From Octopus sinensis (Eukaryota), in the NCBI RefSeq assembly GCF_006345805.1, contig NW_021833891.1:5678-69677 (forward strand): a stretch of DNA of 64,000 nt. Reading direction: 5' to 3'. Below, in pieces: positions 1-12,657 of the stretch. The notes beneath the pieces are model-generated. The model did no database searches. It had not been told where the DNA came from and was given only the letters and a program-made list of their open reading frames with translations. How positions within the stretch are numbered: the first letter of the stretch is position 1; each line of letters opens with the position of its first letter. The position numbers and the translations under genes were made by a program.

Positions 1-664
1 AAGTATTGATTAGTTGTTTAGCGGAGGCCACCATCTTACTGAAAAAAACCCCCCAGAAAACCTTCAGGATGTGTATATAAGAGTAAATCTAGTTCGTCCT
101 TCACGAATGTTAGAATTCTCTTCTCAGAAATCACTGAGATAGTTCGTTCGTTGTTTGCTTTGCCTTGTTAAAACATTTTTTCAACTGACTTTGACGATAG
201 AGACCTACACAAGCGTACTCCCTTTCCCTTTCAAATTCCAGTGTTTAGCTTTGTTTTCGAGCTATCGTCTGCTTTATCTACAAAACAACTGCGAGTATAT
301 TGACCAGATAGCTACTCTATTGAATTAGCTGACGATAACAAATAAAAAAGTATTGATTGATTGTTTTTACTGGAGATCGCCATCTTGCTAAAGAAACGTC
401 AAATTGTGTATTTAAGGGAAATGTGTATATAAGGAAATCTTACTTGTCCTTCATAGATGTTTGTAAAATGTGTGCGTGCGCGCGTGTACCACAACGACCA
501 CCACCATCAAAAACAACATAACCAGTACAACCAATATTGCTTGTTTTGAAATGTCGGCCTTTCACATACGCGCGCACGCACGCACGCATATTTCGCTTAG
601 GCATTGTGAGACTAATACCCTGGTGTAGAACTCAATATGCTTATGTTTCAGAACGAAGTGTAAT

Positions 665-908
665 AGGCGCAGGAGTGGCCGTGTGGTAAGTAGCTTGCTT
701 ACCAACCACATGGTTCCGAGTTCAGTCCCACTGCGTGGCACCTTGGGCAAGTGTCTTCTGCTATAGCCTCGGGCCGACCAAAGCCTTGTGAGTGGATTCG
801 GTAGACGGAAGGCTATAGTAGAAGGCATCTGCCCAAGGTGCCACGCAGTGGGACTGAACCCAAAACTACATGACTGTAAAGCTAGCTCCTTATCCACAAG
901 GCCACGCC
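665..908. mobile_element. SINE family A fragments in opposite orientations
   Basis: + head aggcgcaggagtggccgtgtggtaagtagcttgc (665-812) joined to a - strand head fragment (about 820-908). Confidence 0.75.
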
Positions 909-986
909 ACAAAAACGCATACATTCACGCATAGTTACATCTACATCATATTCACATAAACACAAATGTCCACACACACACACTTT

Positions 987-1019
<33 letters not shown>

Positions 1020-1605
1020 TACTCATATAAAAACTAATACAACAAAATCCGAGGCCTTGTTTTCCTCCCATGCTCACACTTGCTTAAATATTTAGTTTTA
1101 TCCAAGTTTGCAAAAGACTGACAACGCCATCTATGAATCAACATTAGACACTATCATCCACCCCGACACAATCGCTCCTTTTTCTCCTTCTTCCCCATTC
1201 TCTCCTCTTTCCCCCACTCTCCCTCTCTCTCTCTCACTCTCTCACCTTCCTCCTTCTCCCGTCTCTCTCTTCGCCTTAAACTATTCCCTTAGGAACTTAG
1301 ATAATAGGGCCCAGATAATAGATAAAAAGGAACTTAGATAATAGGACCCAGCAGGAATTCGCATTTGTTTCTGCCTCCTCCATTTCCAATATCAACACAA
1401 CCACCGACACCACCACCACCACCACCACCACCACCACCACCACCACCACCCACCACCACCACCATCACCACCGCTACTGCTAGAATCAACCACCAATTTC
1501 CCCTCCTCATTTACCCACGCTACCTCTACTACTACTACTACTACTAATACCGTCAATCACCAATTCACCACACACCATTCACCAACCACCACCATCACAC
1601 TGATA

Positions 1606-1644
<39 letters not shown>

Positions 1645-1690
1645 ACACACACACACATATATATATATATTATATATATATATATATATA

Positions 1691-3251
1691 TCTTATTATA
1701 AAAGGCAGATTTTATCTGCCTCCCTTTGGGAGTTATACAAATCTACAATATAGGATTTCTTCAATTACAATTTACCTAGCATTTTTAAGAGTACAATGCA
1801 TCGCGTCATGCCAGGTCCAGTTTTTAAAATTTAAACTCCAATTAAGCAAAATTACAGAAAACTCACATTCTGGTGTGTGTGTCAAATGCTTTTCTTAGTC
1901 TGGTTTACACCACACGCAAACGCACACACACAGTGGGCAACGAATAAAATGAAAGTAAATAGCGACAGAGTGATTTGAGGAAGACTAAACTGAAGTATTT
2001 AAACCACTACTCAAAAAATAAAAAAACACAGCAAACAGAAACAAATAAATACATAACCATTTACTCCTCCACACATTTAATCAATTAGAATTTACCTAAG
2101 ATTTTTCAGAGTACTTCAGTGGGTGATGCCATAAAAAATTTCTTTCAATTTTACCACCAATTAAGACAAAATTCGAGAAAACTCAATATTTTAACATATC
2201 ACTCCGAAAGCATTGATGTACATGTGTGCGTGCGTGAGTGTGTGTGTGTGTCATTCCTCACACACACGCATACACATACATATACAACTACATACAACTA
2301 CATACACATACAACTACATACAAACACGTGTGTGTTTGTTATTAGTAAAAAAGGCGCCAAAACTCAACTCACTTATCATTCCAACACATTTGCAAAGACA
2401 CACGGACGGACAGAAAAGGTAAATTGGTTTTTATTTTACTCTGTATATATTTTATTATATAATATTATATATAGATATATGTATATATAATTGCAGTATG
2501 AAACAGTGTTTATGTATAAACAGACGACACTTATATATAGTTACCAAGCCGCCCGAATTTACCTATTCATATTTAAATGAGAATATCAGAGCAAATCTCT
2601 TTAGTACATTCGTGAAAACACGTATTATACTTCGTAAACACTTCAACTACAGTTTTGTACAAAAATCGAAGTGTAATTTTAATTCCGTGAATTATGGGAG
2701 ATTTTTTTCCGAAATTTGTTCCTATTGTGTTTTCAAAATTTGTAATTCTGACAAAAAATGGATACGAATTTCATTATATCAAGCAGCGAGTCAGAATTCG
2801 AAGGATTTTCTACTGAAGACCTTCATAAATCTAACTCTATGACTGAAAAAAAAAGCATCTTTATTAAGAGTGAAGTTGTGTGTCTGTCTCCTACGATTTA
2901 GATTCCTAACTACTCCCACATTTTGCGGTGCAGTTTAACCAAAAGCGGGTATCTTATAGTCGTGATTCATATCGAGCCCTTCTGGGTATTAGCGTGCGTC
3001 TACGATAAGTCTACAATTAAAAAAAAATTTACCATCATATTTTTCCATTTTAATGCATTTTTTTTTCGCTTTTATATAAGGGAAGTAACTCTCTAAAATA
3101 TCTACGATGTGTCAACGATTTAAAAAAAAATTACCTTAATTTTTTTTCAATTTTTAATGCATTTTTTTGCTATCTTTTGGCTATAACTCTCTAAAAATGC
3201 TTATATATTTATTTCCCTTACAACCCGAGCAACGCCGGGCGATACTGCTAG
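1691..3251 (+). mobile_element. Non-autonomous Helitron (copy 1)
   Basis: Starts A|TC (tcttattataaaaggcag), ends with hairpin cccg-agcaacgc-cggg then CTAG|T; no TSD. Confidence 0.8.
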
Positions 3252-4821
3252 TCTTATTATAAAAGGCAGATTTTATCTGCCTCCCTTTGTCTCTTATAGA
3301 AATCTACAATATAGGATTTCTTCAATTACAATTTACCTAGCATTTTTAAGAGTAGAATGCATCGGGTCGTGCCAGGTCCGGTTTTTAAAATTTCAACCCC
3401 AATTAAGCAAAATTTACAGAAAACTCACATTGTGGTGTGTAAGTCAAGTCCTTTTTTTAGTGTGGGCTACAGCACACGCACACACACACACACACACAAA
3501 AACGGAGCGATCTGCTTCACTCACGCTATCACCCTAATTTCTCCGCCTTTCTCTTTGCAAGTGTGCAACGATTAAAGTGAAAGTATTTCTATAAAACGAG
3601 AGAAGTGTACCTTAAACCACTACTCAAAAAAAAACAGCAAACAGAAACAAATAAATACATAACGATTTACTCCTCACACAATTTCTTCAATTACAGTTTA
3701 CCTATGATTTTTACAAGTACTTCCATTCGGTCATACCATACAAAATTTCTTTCAATTTCAGCCCCAATTAAGACAAAATTCGAGAAAACTCAATATTTTA
3801 ACATTTCACTCCGAAAGCATTGATGTACATGTGTGCGTGCGTGAGTGTGTGTGTGTGTTTGATGGGGTGTGCGACACAGAAAGTGTGGTGTGTAAGTGAA
3901 GTGCTTTTGTTAGTGTGTGTAAAGAGACAGAGAGAGTAATGTTGTGCTGTGTACCTAAAGCACGCACACACACACACACACAAGCGGAGCGCGAACTTCA
4001 AAAGAACTTCGCGCGCTATCTATCTGGTTTGCCATTCCTCACACACACGCATACACATACATATATGACAGTGACAAACACAAACGTTTCAAACAACTAC
4101 ATACAAACACTCAAACACACACACACGTGTGTGTTTGTTATTAGTAAAAAAGGCGCCAAACACAACTCACTTCTCATTCGAACACATTTGCAAAAACATA
4201 CCGACGGTCGGATTGCCATAACAATACAGAAAAGGTAAATTGGTTTTTAATTTACTTTCTGTCGTTAAATTTTGGTAGTATAAATTGGCGAGCGTACTTC
4301 TGTTGTCAATTGTTGACAGAAAGAAATTGTAAGCTAATAAGGTGTGTGTGTGTGTGTAGGAAGTGAAGGATAAAAATATTGCAAGAAGTGGACAGATGTA
4401 CATATATACATCCATACATACATGTGTGTGTGTCTATGTATGTGTATTAATGTGTGTGTGTTATCTTTATATAAAGCTGAAGTTGTCTGTGTGCGCCACG
4501 TTTGGTAACCTTCAACTAACACTATCTCCTCCGAGACCCTGCGGCGCAAGTTGACCAAAATTGAGAGTATGATAGAAGAAGGGTTGTTCTTCCTTCCGTA
4601 GAACATAAAATTCAAATCGGACCATGTTAACACCAAAAATTATTTACATCAAAAAGCTGCTTTTTTCTATGAAAATCCATATTTTTTACGATTTTTTCAC
4701 TGCTGTGTCGCCACTTTTCGGTATATTTCGACCAGAAAAATGTTCACAAAATTTTTACTTTTCAAAATTACAATTCCAGCGGGTCGAAACAAACCCGAGC
4801 AACGCCGGGCGATACTGCTAG
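3252..4821 (+). mobile_element. Non-autonomous Helitron (copy 2, head-to-tail with copy 1)
   Basis: Same 5' end begins directly after the CTAG of copy 1; same 3' end aacccgagcaacgccgggcgatactgctag followed by T; roughly the first 600 bp are homologous to copy 1. Confidence 0.8.
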
Positions 4822-4832
4822 TATATATATAT

Positions 4833-4948
4833 TCAACGGGCTTCTTTCAGTTTCTGTCTACCAAATCCACTCACAAAGCTTTGGTCGACCCGAAGATACT
4901 TGCCCAAGGTACCACGCGGTGGGACTGAACCCGGAACCATGTGGTTGG
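4833..4948 (-). mobile_element. SINE family A partial copy
   Basis: acgggcttctttcagtttctgtctaccaaatccactcac...gggactgaacccggaaccatgtgg matches family A. Confidence 0.75.
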
Positions 4949-5119
4949 TATATCTGTAATCAGATGTGTGCGCTGTACCCAGATGTGTGCTATACTCAGA
5001 CAGTGCGTGCGGTACCCAAATGGTGCGTGCAGTACCCACATAGTGTGTGCTGTACCGGTTAAGGGCTATGCTCTTAATTCGTGAGTAAAGCTGTGAGTTG
5101 TACTTTGATGTTACTACTT

Positions 5120-5345
5120 TTGTTTTATGTTACTTTTTATCGTCCCCAGAGCTCCAATTACTATTGGTACCGCTCTTTTTTTCTTTTTTCTCCTTTTTTT
5201 CCCCAATTTTGGTAAATTCTCATACTCGTCTTACCTATTGCCATTTCGAGATTTCTGCTCTTCGATAGTTTTTCAAACTTCCTTCCGGACGATATTTTGG
5301 TCAGATGGAATCGTGATGTCTATCACAATGAAATACGGCTTTCCT
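5120..5345 (-). mobile_element. Degenerate R4/Dong-like non-LTR retrotransposon, restriction-like endonuclease (RLE) fragment
   Basis: Minus-strand translation FIVIDITIPSDQNIVRKE / EKLSKSRNLEMAIGK / AVPIVIGALGTIK matches the RLE C-terminal pattern; frameshifted. Confidence 0.65.
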
Positions 5346-5388
5346 TTATTTCTCACTTCTCTCTCTACTCTCTCTCTCTCTCTCCCCA

Positions 5389-5442
<54 letters not shown>

Positions 5443-5666
5443 AAGATTAGCCCTTCACTTTACCAGTCTAGACAGACATATCCCACAGTATCATAACCAC
5501 GTAATCGTTACACAGTTCACTTAGTGCACATTTATGTAATTCATTTTCGGGTTTCCATGTGAAAATGTTTGCATCTTTCCCATTGGAGATTCATAGCTAC
5601 ATTCTATGTCATGTTACTAGGTTATTATTATTATTATTATCATTATTATTATTATCATCATCATCA

Positions 5667-5727
<61 letters not shown>

Positions 5728-5728
5728 C

Positions 5729-6180
5729 TAAGGCGGCGAGCTGGCAGAATCGTTAGCATGCCGGACGAAATGCTTAACAGTATTTCGCCCGTCGCTACGT
5801 TCTGAGTTCAAATTCCGCTGATGTCGACTTTATCCTTCATCCTTTCGGGGTCGATAAATTTAGTACCAGTTGAACACTGGGGTCGATGCAATTGACTCAT
5901 CCTTTTCCCCAAAACTGCTGCACCTGTGGCAAAATTTGAAACTATTATCATTATTATTATTATTATCTAAGGCGGTGAGCTGGCAGAATCGTTAGCACGC
6001 CGGACGAAATACTTAGCGGCATTACGCCTGTCTTTACGTTCTGAGTTCAAATTCCGCCGAGATTGAATTTGCCTTTCATCTTTTCGAGGTCGATAAATTA
6101 AGTACAGTCGAGCACTGGGGTCGAAGCGATTGACTTATCCACTCCCCCAAAATTTCAGGCCTTGTGCCTACAGTAGAAAG
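5729..6180 (+). mobile_element. Two tandem tRNA-derived SINE family B copies (5729-5942, 5968-6180) embedded in (ATT)n
   Basis: Head taaggcggcgagctggcagaatcgttagc, B-box-like gagttcaaattcc. Confidence 0.88.
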
Positions 6181-6606
6181 GATTATTATTATTATCATTA
6201 TTATTATTTTAATCATTATTATTATTTTTATAGCTGTTATTGTTATGCACTGGTAATAAATAAATCCCTCGCAGTACTGTTATCCGAATCTTTGCAATCT
6301 GAGTTCAAATCTCGCTGAAGTCAGCTTTGTATTTATTTCACCCCTTCCGGAGACAATAAAATAAAGAAATAAGTACTGGTGTCGACTCTTAAAGATAAAA
6401 GATACTGTAACAATATGTAGTTTAAACAAAAACTCTTATTCTTCCTTTCATAGGCAGCGAGGATATTTCAAGAGCATCTCTTAAGAAATTCTCTTGAAAC
6501 AATATTTATATAAATATATATTTCCAAATGTAAATAGTCTGAAAACAAAATAACAATTTAAAGACTTGGAGAAACAAAATATCTATTTTCTTTCTTTATT
6601 TTTCAG

Positions 6607-7001
6607 ATTGCGATGATATTCTCTTAAACGGACGAGACAAAGATGGGATATATTCCATCAAACCAAACTTTGCCGCGAAACCGTTCCAAGTAGAATGCGA
6701 ATTCAAAGACGGTAAAGCCTGGACATTAATACAGAAACGAACCAATGGCGCTGTGGATTTCTACAGGAACTGGGAAGACTACAAAGAAGGTTTCGGCGAC
6801 ATTAGATCTGAATACTGGTTAGGAAACGAGAAGATTTATTATTTGAGTGTTCAGGCAACCTACGAACTCAAAATTAATATGTGGGACTGGAGTGGAATCA
6901 CACACGGTCCTTCACAACAGACGGGTAACTACTACGAAGGAGGAAGTTCCTTTTTCTACATAGAAGACGAAAAGAATTTCTACAGACTCCGAGTACCAGA
7001 G
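6607..7001 (+). CDS. Internal exon of a fibrinogen-related domain (FReD) protein (ficolin/angiopoietin/tenascin-like family)
   Basis: Acceptor tttcag ends at 6606, donor gtaagt starts at 7002. Translation (D)CDDILLNGRDKDGIYSIKPNFAAKPFQVECEFKDGKAWTLIQKRTNGAVDFYRNWEDYKEGFGDIRSEYWLGNEKIYYLS...FYRLRVPE carries FReD motifs WTLIQKR, DFYRNW.DYK.GFG and EYWLGNEKI. Confidence 0.93.
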
Positions 7002-7221
7002 GTAAGTAAATAACTTGTTCCCTTAGTCGCCGGTTCTTTGTAGAATACCTGAGTTTAAATGCGGTTGATATGCGAGACATCAGGGTGACTTGCAGATCTC
7101 TCAGAAATCGCAGCTAAATATCTCTCAAAATACACTATACGCATAATAAGAAAACCCGAGTGGGTCATGATTAGAAGCGCTTTGGATTATAGGTTTGGAA
7201 TATCTTTGATCAACAACAATG

Positions 7222-7639
7222 TTTATTTCTTTACTGCCACAAGGGGCTACACACAGAGGGGACAAACAAGGACAAACAAACTGATTAAGTCGATTATATC
7301 GACCTCAGTGCGTAACTGGTACTTATTTTATCGACCCCGAAAGGATGAAAGGCAAAGTCAACCTCGGCGGAATTTGAACTCAGAACGTAGCCGCAGACGA
7401 AATACCTATTTCTTTACTACCTACAAGGGACTAAACACAGAGAGGACAAACAATGACAGACAAACAGATTAAGTCGATTATATCGACCCCAGTGTGTAAC
7501 TGGTACTTATTTAATCGATCCCGAAATGATGAAAGGCAAAGTCGACCTCACGGAATTTGAACTCAGAACGTAACAGCAGACGAAATACCGCCAAGTATTT
7601 CGCCCGGCGTGCTAACGTTTCTGCCAGCTCGCCGCCTTA
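7222..7639 (-). mobile_element. Two adjacent family B SINE copies in the FReD intron
   Basis: Repeated tatttctttact...cgaccccgaaaggatgaaaggcaaagtc; the head ends at ...gccgcctta. Confidence 0.88.
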
Positions 7640-8749
7640 AGGCTTCTTATTGTTGTTGATCAAATAAGCCTATGATCAAAGACATTCCAAATGTGACTAT
7701 ACTGTCTTTTTCTTCTCAAGCATAGTTTATATCAGACTGTTTTATCTAATATCTCCTTTCCTTTAATTGTTTTTTTTTTACAAAAATGGCAGGATGTGGT
7801 TTGAGAAATTTGGCTGCTATGTCTAACAGATCTAGCAGCTACGTAAAGGCCACTCAACCCAGTTGGATCGGTTTCCTGCAGTTTATTGTAAAATGGTGAA
7901 CTGTATCTTATAGTTCTAATTTACAGTTAAATGACTGGGGGGGGGGCGGAGGTTGAGAAATGACAAGTGTCGCTTCGTTAAGGGATTCTTCGGTGCGGTT
8001 CCGTTGATGAGTTCTGTAAAAATAACCAAAAAAAAAAAAGAGAAAAGAGAAAAGAAAAGAAAGAAAAATATCCTCAGTTAATAACCTCACCCCCCCCCCT
8101 ACTTAGGTCTAACTATGGTAACAAGGTTTCCTCCTGTTGTTTCGGCCTGAACTGGGGTAATGCACTTGTCAATTGTGACAAATGTACCCCTGATAAGGGA
8201 ATCTTCGGTGCAGCACCGTTGGCTGGTGATTGTCAAAAGCCCATTGGCTGGAACACTGCCACTGATACGACGGCGACACTTTTACACCGTAATTCTTTTT
8301 TTTTTTTTTCTCTCCCTTTCCAAGTGCAAAAAACCAAAATGTCAAAGTTACTACTCCTTCAGTCCAATTCATTTTATTTTCATCATTTCCTCAATAACCT
8401 TTTATAGAAGTTCTATGTATTATTTAGACCCATGAACGTTTAAAACGAAGCTACACAACGAGAGAGAGGTGGAAAGAGAGATAGCAAGAGAGAGAGCATA
8501 CGGGGGGGGGCAGAGATTTGAAAGGTGTGGAGTGGGGAGAAAGAGAGGGAAGACAGCTAGGGGTTGAAACATTAGACGTGACAATATAAACGGTTGCAAT
8601 GACGACTATACAAAGTCATTATCGTAATCGAATTACGGACGAATATTTCAATGTGTTGAAGGAGTAAGCCCGCCATATTTGTTATAGAGAATGTACGGAA
8701 GAATGTAATTTGTATTCTATTTCATATCTGTGTATGAACGTCTGTCTGT

Positions 8750-9224
8750 CAGTCTGTCTGAATGTATGTATGCATGTATGCATGTATGTATGTATGTATG
8801 TATGTATGTATGAATGTATGGATGTATGGATGTATGTATGTATGTATGTATGTATGTATGTATGTGTGTATGTATGTATGTATGTATGTATGCATGCATG
8901 TACGTATGTATGTATGTATGTATGTATGTATGATGTATGTATGTATGTATGTATGTGTGTATGTATGTATGTATGTATGTGTGTATGTATGTATGTATGT
9001 GTGTATGTATGTATGTATGTATGTATGTATGTATGTATGTATTAATATGCATTACACTTGTGTGTACGTATATTTGTATGTATGTATGTATCTGTGTATG
9101 TATGTATGTATGAATGTATGTATGTATGTATGTATGAATGAATGAATGTCTGTATGAATGTATGTATGTATGTATGAATGTATGCATGTATGGATGTATG
9201 CATGTATGCATGTATGCATGCATG

Positions 9225-9258
<34 letters not shown>

Positions 9259-9563
9259 TGTATGTATGTATGTATGTATGTGTGTATGTATGTATGTTTT
9301 AATATGCATGTACACTTGTGTGTACGTATATTTGTATGTATGTATGTATGTTTGTATGAATGTATGAATGTATGTATGTATGTATGAATGTATGTATGAA
9401 TGTATGCATGTGTGCACATACTTTCTTCATACTTTTATTCTTTTACATACATATACATACATAATATATACATATGTATTTGTGTGTGTGTGCGTGTGTT
9501 TGTAAGTGTTTGTGTGTGTGTGTGTTTGTGCGTGTGTGTGTGTGAGTGTGTGTGTTATGTGTG

Positions 9564-9599
<36 letters not shown>

Positions 9600-9600
9600 A
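8750..9600. repeat. (TATG)n then (TG)n microsatellite complex in the FReD intron
   Basis: Simple repeats with a duplicated taatatgca..tacacttgtgtgtacgtatattt interruption at about 9042 and 9300. Confidence 0.95.
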
Positions 9601-9611
9601 ACGTAAATATT

Positions 9612-9815
9612 AAGGTGGCGTGTTGGCAGAATGTTACCGTTCCGGATAAAATGTTTAGCAACATTTCATCCGTCGTTACGTTCTGAGTTCAAATTCCGGT
9701 GAGGTCATTTTTACATCTTATATTTTCGAGGTCGATAAAATAAAGTACCAGTTGAACACTGCGGTCGATGCAATCGACGTACCCCTCCGCCGAAATTGTT
9801 GCTAAAATTTGAAAC
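9612..9815 (+). mobile_element. SINE family B
   Basis: taaggtggcgtgttggcagaa...ctgagttcaaattcc...aaaatttgaaacc. Confidence 0.8.
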
Positions 9816-9888
9816 CAAAATTTAATGCAGATACACACTTTTTTTTGTACCATCTTTTTGACATCTTTTTTTTTTATCTTTTCGACAG

Positions 9889-10221
9889 GACTTTTATGCC
9901 TACCAGAATCAAGGACCTGGCAGTAGCGGTCTCCGGCTCCACATCGGGCCCTTCACCACATATGATCGACAGTCAAACCTTTTGCAAGAGAACTGTGCCA
10001 TAAAGTTCCACTGCGGCTGGTGGTTTCGAACGTGTGTTCGAAATAGCAACTTGAACGGACGGTATTACCAAGGCGGTTACAGGTTTCCGAGGAACAAGAC
10101 ACGTTCCCAGGACGACATGTACTGGTACAGTGTCGGGCAATCTTTGCGGAGGAGCGTCATGAAAATTCACCGGGTTAGCAATGCCACGGCTAAAATGTCG
10201 AAATTACTCACAAGAAACTGA
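9889..10221 (+). CDS. Terminal coding exon of the same FReD protein
   Basis: Polypyrimidine tract plus cag ends at 9888; phase 0 matches the previous exon. [60 protein letters not shown]...MKIHR...RN* has the FReD C-terminal motifs NCA...GWW..C..SNLNG.Y and MKI. Confidence 0.92.
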   Translation, partial: DFYAYQNQGPGSSGLRLHIGPFTTYDRQSNLLQENCAIKFHCGWWFRTCVRNSNLNGRYYQGGYRFPRNKTRSQDDMYWYSVGQSLRRSVMKIHRVSNATAKMSKLLTRN

Positions 10222-10329
10222 CAACTGCTCAAATAGTCACCGTCTTTCTCGAACATATACATACATACATACGTACATACATACATACATACATACATAC
10301 ATACATACATACATACATACGTACGCACG

Positions 10330-10402
<73 letters not shown>

Positions 10403-10435
10403 TATATTATGTATGTGTATATGTATGCATTTTAT

Positions 10436-10466
<31 letters not shown>

Positions 10467-10513
10467 ATATATATATATATATATATATTATGTATGTGTA
10501 TATGTACGCATTT

Positions 10514-10559
<46 letters not shown>

Positions 10560-10586
10560 AATATAGATGAATATGTATAATATATA

Positions 10587-10626
<40 letters not shown>

Positions 10627-10656
10627 CTTTGGAGTTATACTCCCTAATATTATTAT

Positions 10657-10688
<32 letters not shown>

Positions 10689-10749
10689 CTATATAATGTT
10701 GTTATTAAAGTTAAAATTGATTACTTTTCCATTATTTCAAGTTCAGCTC

Positions 10750-12300
10750 CTGAGAGATGAACCTTAGATATAGGTATAGCGATGAAGAATTTTTGGAATA
10801 AGAACGGAATATTCTTTGTTGTTCAGTATTACGAAATGACGCATTAAAAACTTCTGGTTGTTTACATTTTTGTTCTCTAGCTTGTAGATCAGTCAGTTCC
10901 TATTTTACTGTTGAAAGTTGCTCGAAGGAATTTGTTTTCGTAATATCATTTTGATTAATATTATTGCCAGTTTGTTTAAAGTGTTAGCTTCTTTACTCTT
11001 TACTCTCTTTTACTTGTTTCAGTCATTTGACTGCGGCCATACTGGAGCACCGCCCTTTTTAGTCGAGCAAATCGACCCCGGGACTTATTCTTTTTGCAAG
11101 CCCAGTACTTATTCTATCGGTCTCTTTTGCCGAACCGCTAAGCGACGGAGACGTAAACACACCAGCATCGGTTGTCAAGCAATGCTAGGGGGACAAACAC
11201 AGACACACAAACACACACACACATACACATATATATATATACATATATACGACAGGCTTCTTTCAGTTTCCGTCTATCAAATCCACTCACAAGTCATTGG
11301 TCGGCCCGGGGCTATAGCAGAAGACACTTGCCCAAGATGCCACGCAGTGGGACTGAACCCGGAACCATGTGGTTGGTAAACAAGCTACTTACCACACAGC
11401 CACTCCTGCGCCTTTGGTTATTATTTATAATTTTCAGCAATGCATTGTTGGCATTTCCTTGATGCATTTATCTTAAAATGTGCTGTCTTCGACAATTGGT
11501 CAGTCGAAGTGGTTAATTATCGACATTTCAACTGGCACACCTATCTGGAAGAGTCTTCAGAAATTCTCTTTTAGCAGCAATATTTCTTTTACTCATTCCT
11601 AAGAATGGATTTATAGTTGTGAAGCCTACTTTTAAAGCTGCCTTCACTTGTACCGATGTAAATATCTTTTTTATTATATGTTATTCATTTTTGTTATATT
11701 ACCGTCAATACGTAGGTAAATGCTCTCATTAGGTATATTAGAGCTAAGAAATTTCTAGAAGTTTCTCATTTTACATATTTTGCTAAACGGGTGCTTTTCT
11801 GTCTGTTCCTTTCGCTGCTTGCACCCGGATAACAAGCTGATACTTTCTCTTTAAAACGGCTTTTTTTTAGTGTATCATTGTAGCAAAATCTTTTTGCGAG
11901 GAGTTGTCCTGAATGAGATATATTAATTGTTCTTCTATTCCTGTTGTTAATTAATTCTTGCTGACCCATACTGACATTAAATTACTCATTGTTGTTTTTC
12001 AATTATGTGAAGTCATTATTAGTTGAGACGGGGTTTAGAAATTTAATATTTAGAATTCCGAGATATCGAACTGAGTGGACATGTATCTATTCTTGTATTT
12101 GATGTTGTTCAAGCAATCAACTACAAAATTGCTGTTAATCCATTGTTATTAATCCGTTAGAGGCTTTTCTAATTTTGCCTTTGGATGTTGTTTATAGAAT
12201 GTGTTTACTAACTGCACCAAATCGACAATTTTCAGGATTTCTTAGCCTGCATCTTCGTTTCATAGACGAACTCTTTTTTTCTGGAGCAAAAATTGAAGTC
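10750..12300 (-). mobile_element. Degenerate Penelope-like element (RT and probable 3' remnants), interrupted by a SINE at 10990-11413
   Basis: Minus-strand pieces CRLRNPENCRFGAVSKHIL, QWINSNFVVDCLNNIKYKNRYMSTQFDISEF and FNVSMG resemble PLE RT motifs CRLINP, QW.N, QFDI.EFY and FDVTMG; many stops and frameshifts. Confidence 0.7.
10990..11413 (-). mobile_element. Full-length tRNA-derived SINE family A
   Basis: tRNA-like head, internal (TA)(TG) microsatellite, tail ...gactgaaacaagtaaaagagagtaaagag; near-identical copies elsewhere in the window. Confidence 0.9.
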
Positions 12301-12327
12301 AAGGAAAAGTAACCAATTTTAATGATG

Positions 12328-12363
<36 letters not shown>

Positions 12364-12442
12364 TATTATACTCTCCTGGACGTAACCTTTACTTTGTTCG
12401 TACTGTTATTACTAGAACTTGCAAACACATAATACCATAATA

Positions 12443-12511
<69 letters not shown>

Positions 12512-12522
12512 TATATATATAC

Positions 12523-12566
<44 letters not shown>

Positions 12567-12622
12567 CATATATATAATGATTTAAATTATATATATTATA
12601 TACTATATATATATTACATACA

Positions 12623-12657
<35 letters not shown>

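Noticed and set aside
1365-1600. Poly-Pro/Thr ORF as an upstream mucin-like FReD exon
   Set aside because: (CCA)n microsatellite without credible splice sites; a similar tract lies at 44640-44720.
6453-6530. tttcatag|gcagcgag... as an extra FReD exon
   Set aside because: In-frame stop and no good donor before the true acceptor at 6606.
8710-9606. Long ORFs such as MYVCMYVC..., HTYIHTYI..., YIYIYI..., LSIYLSIY... here and throughout
   Set aside because: Translations of di-, tri- and tetranucleotide microsatellites; no coding signal.
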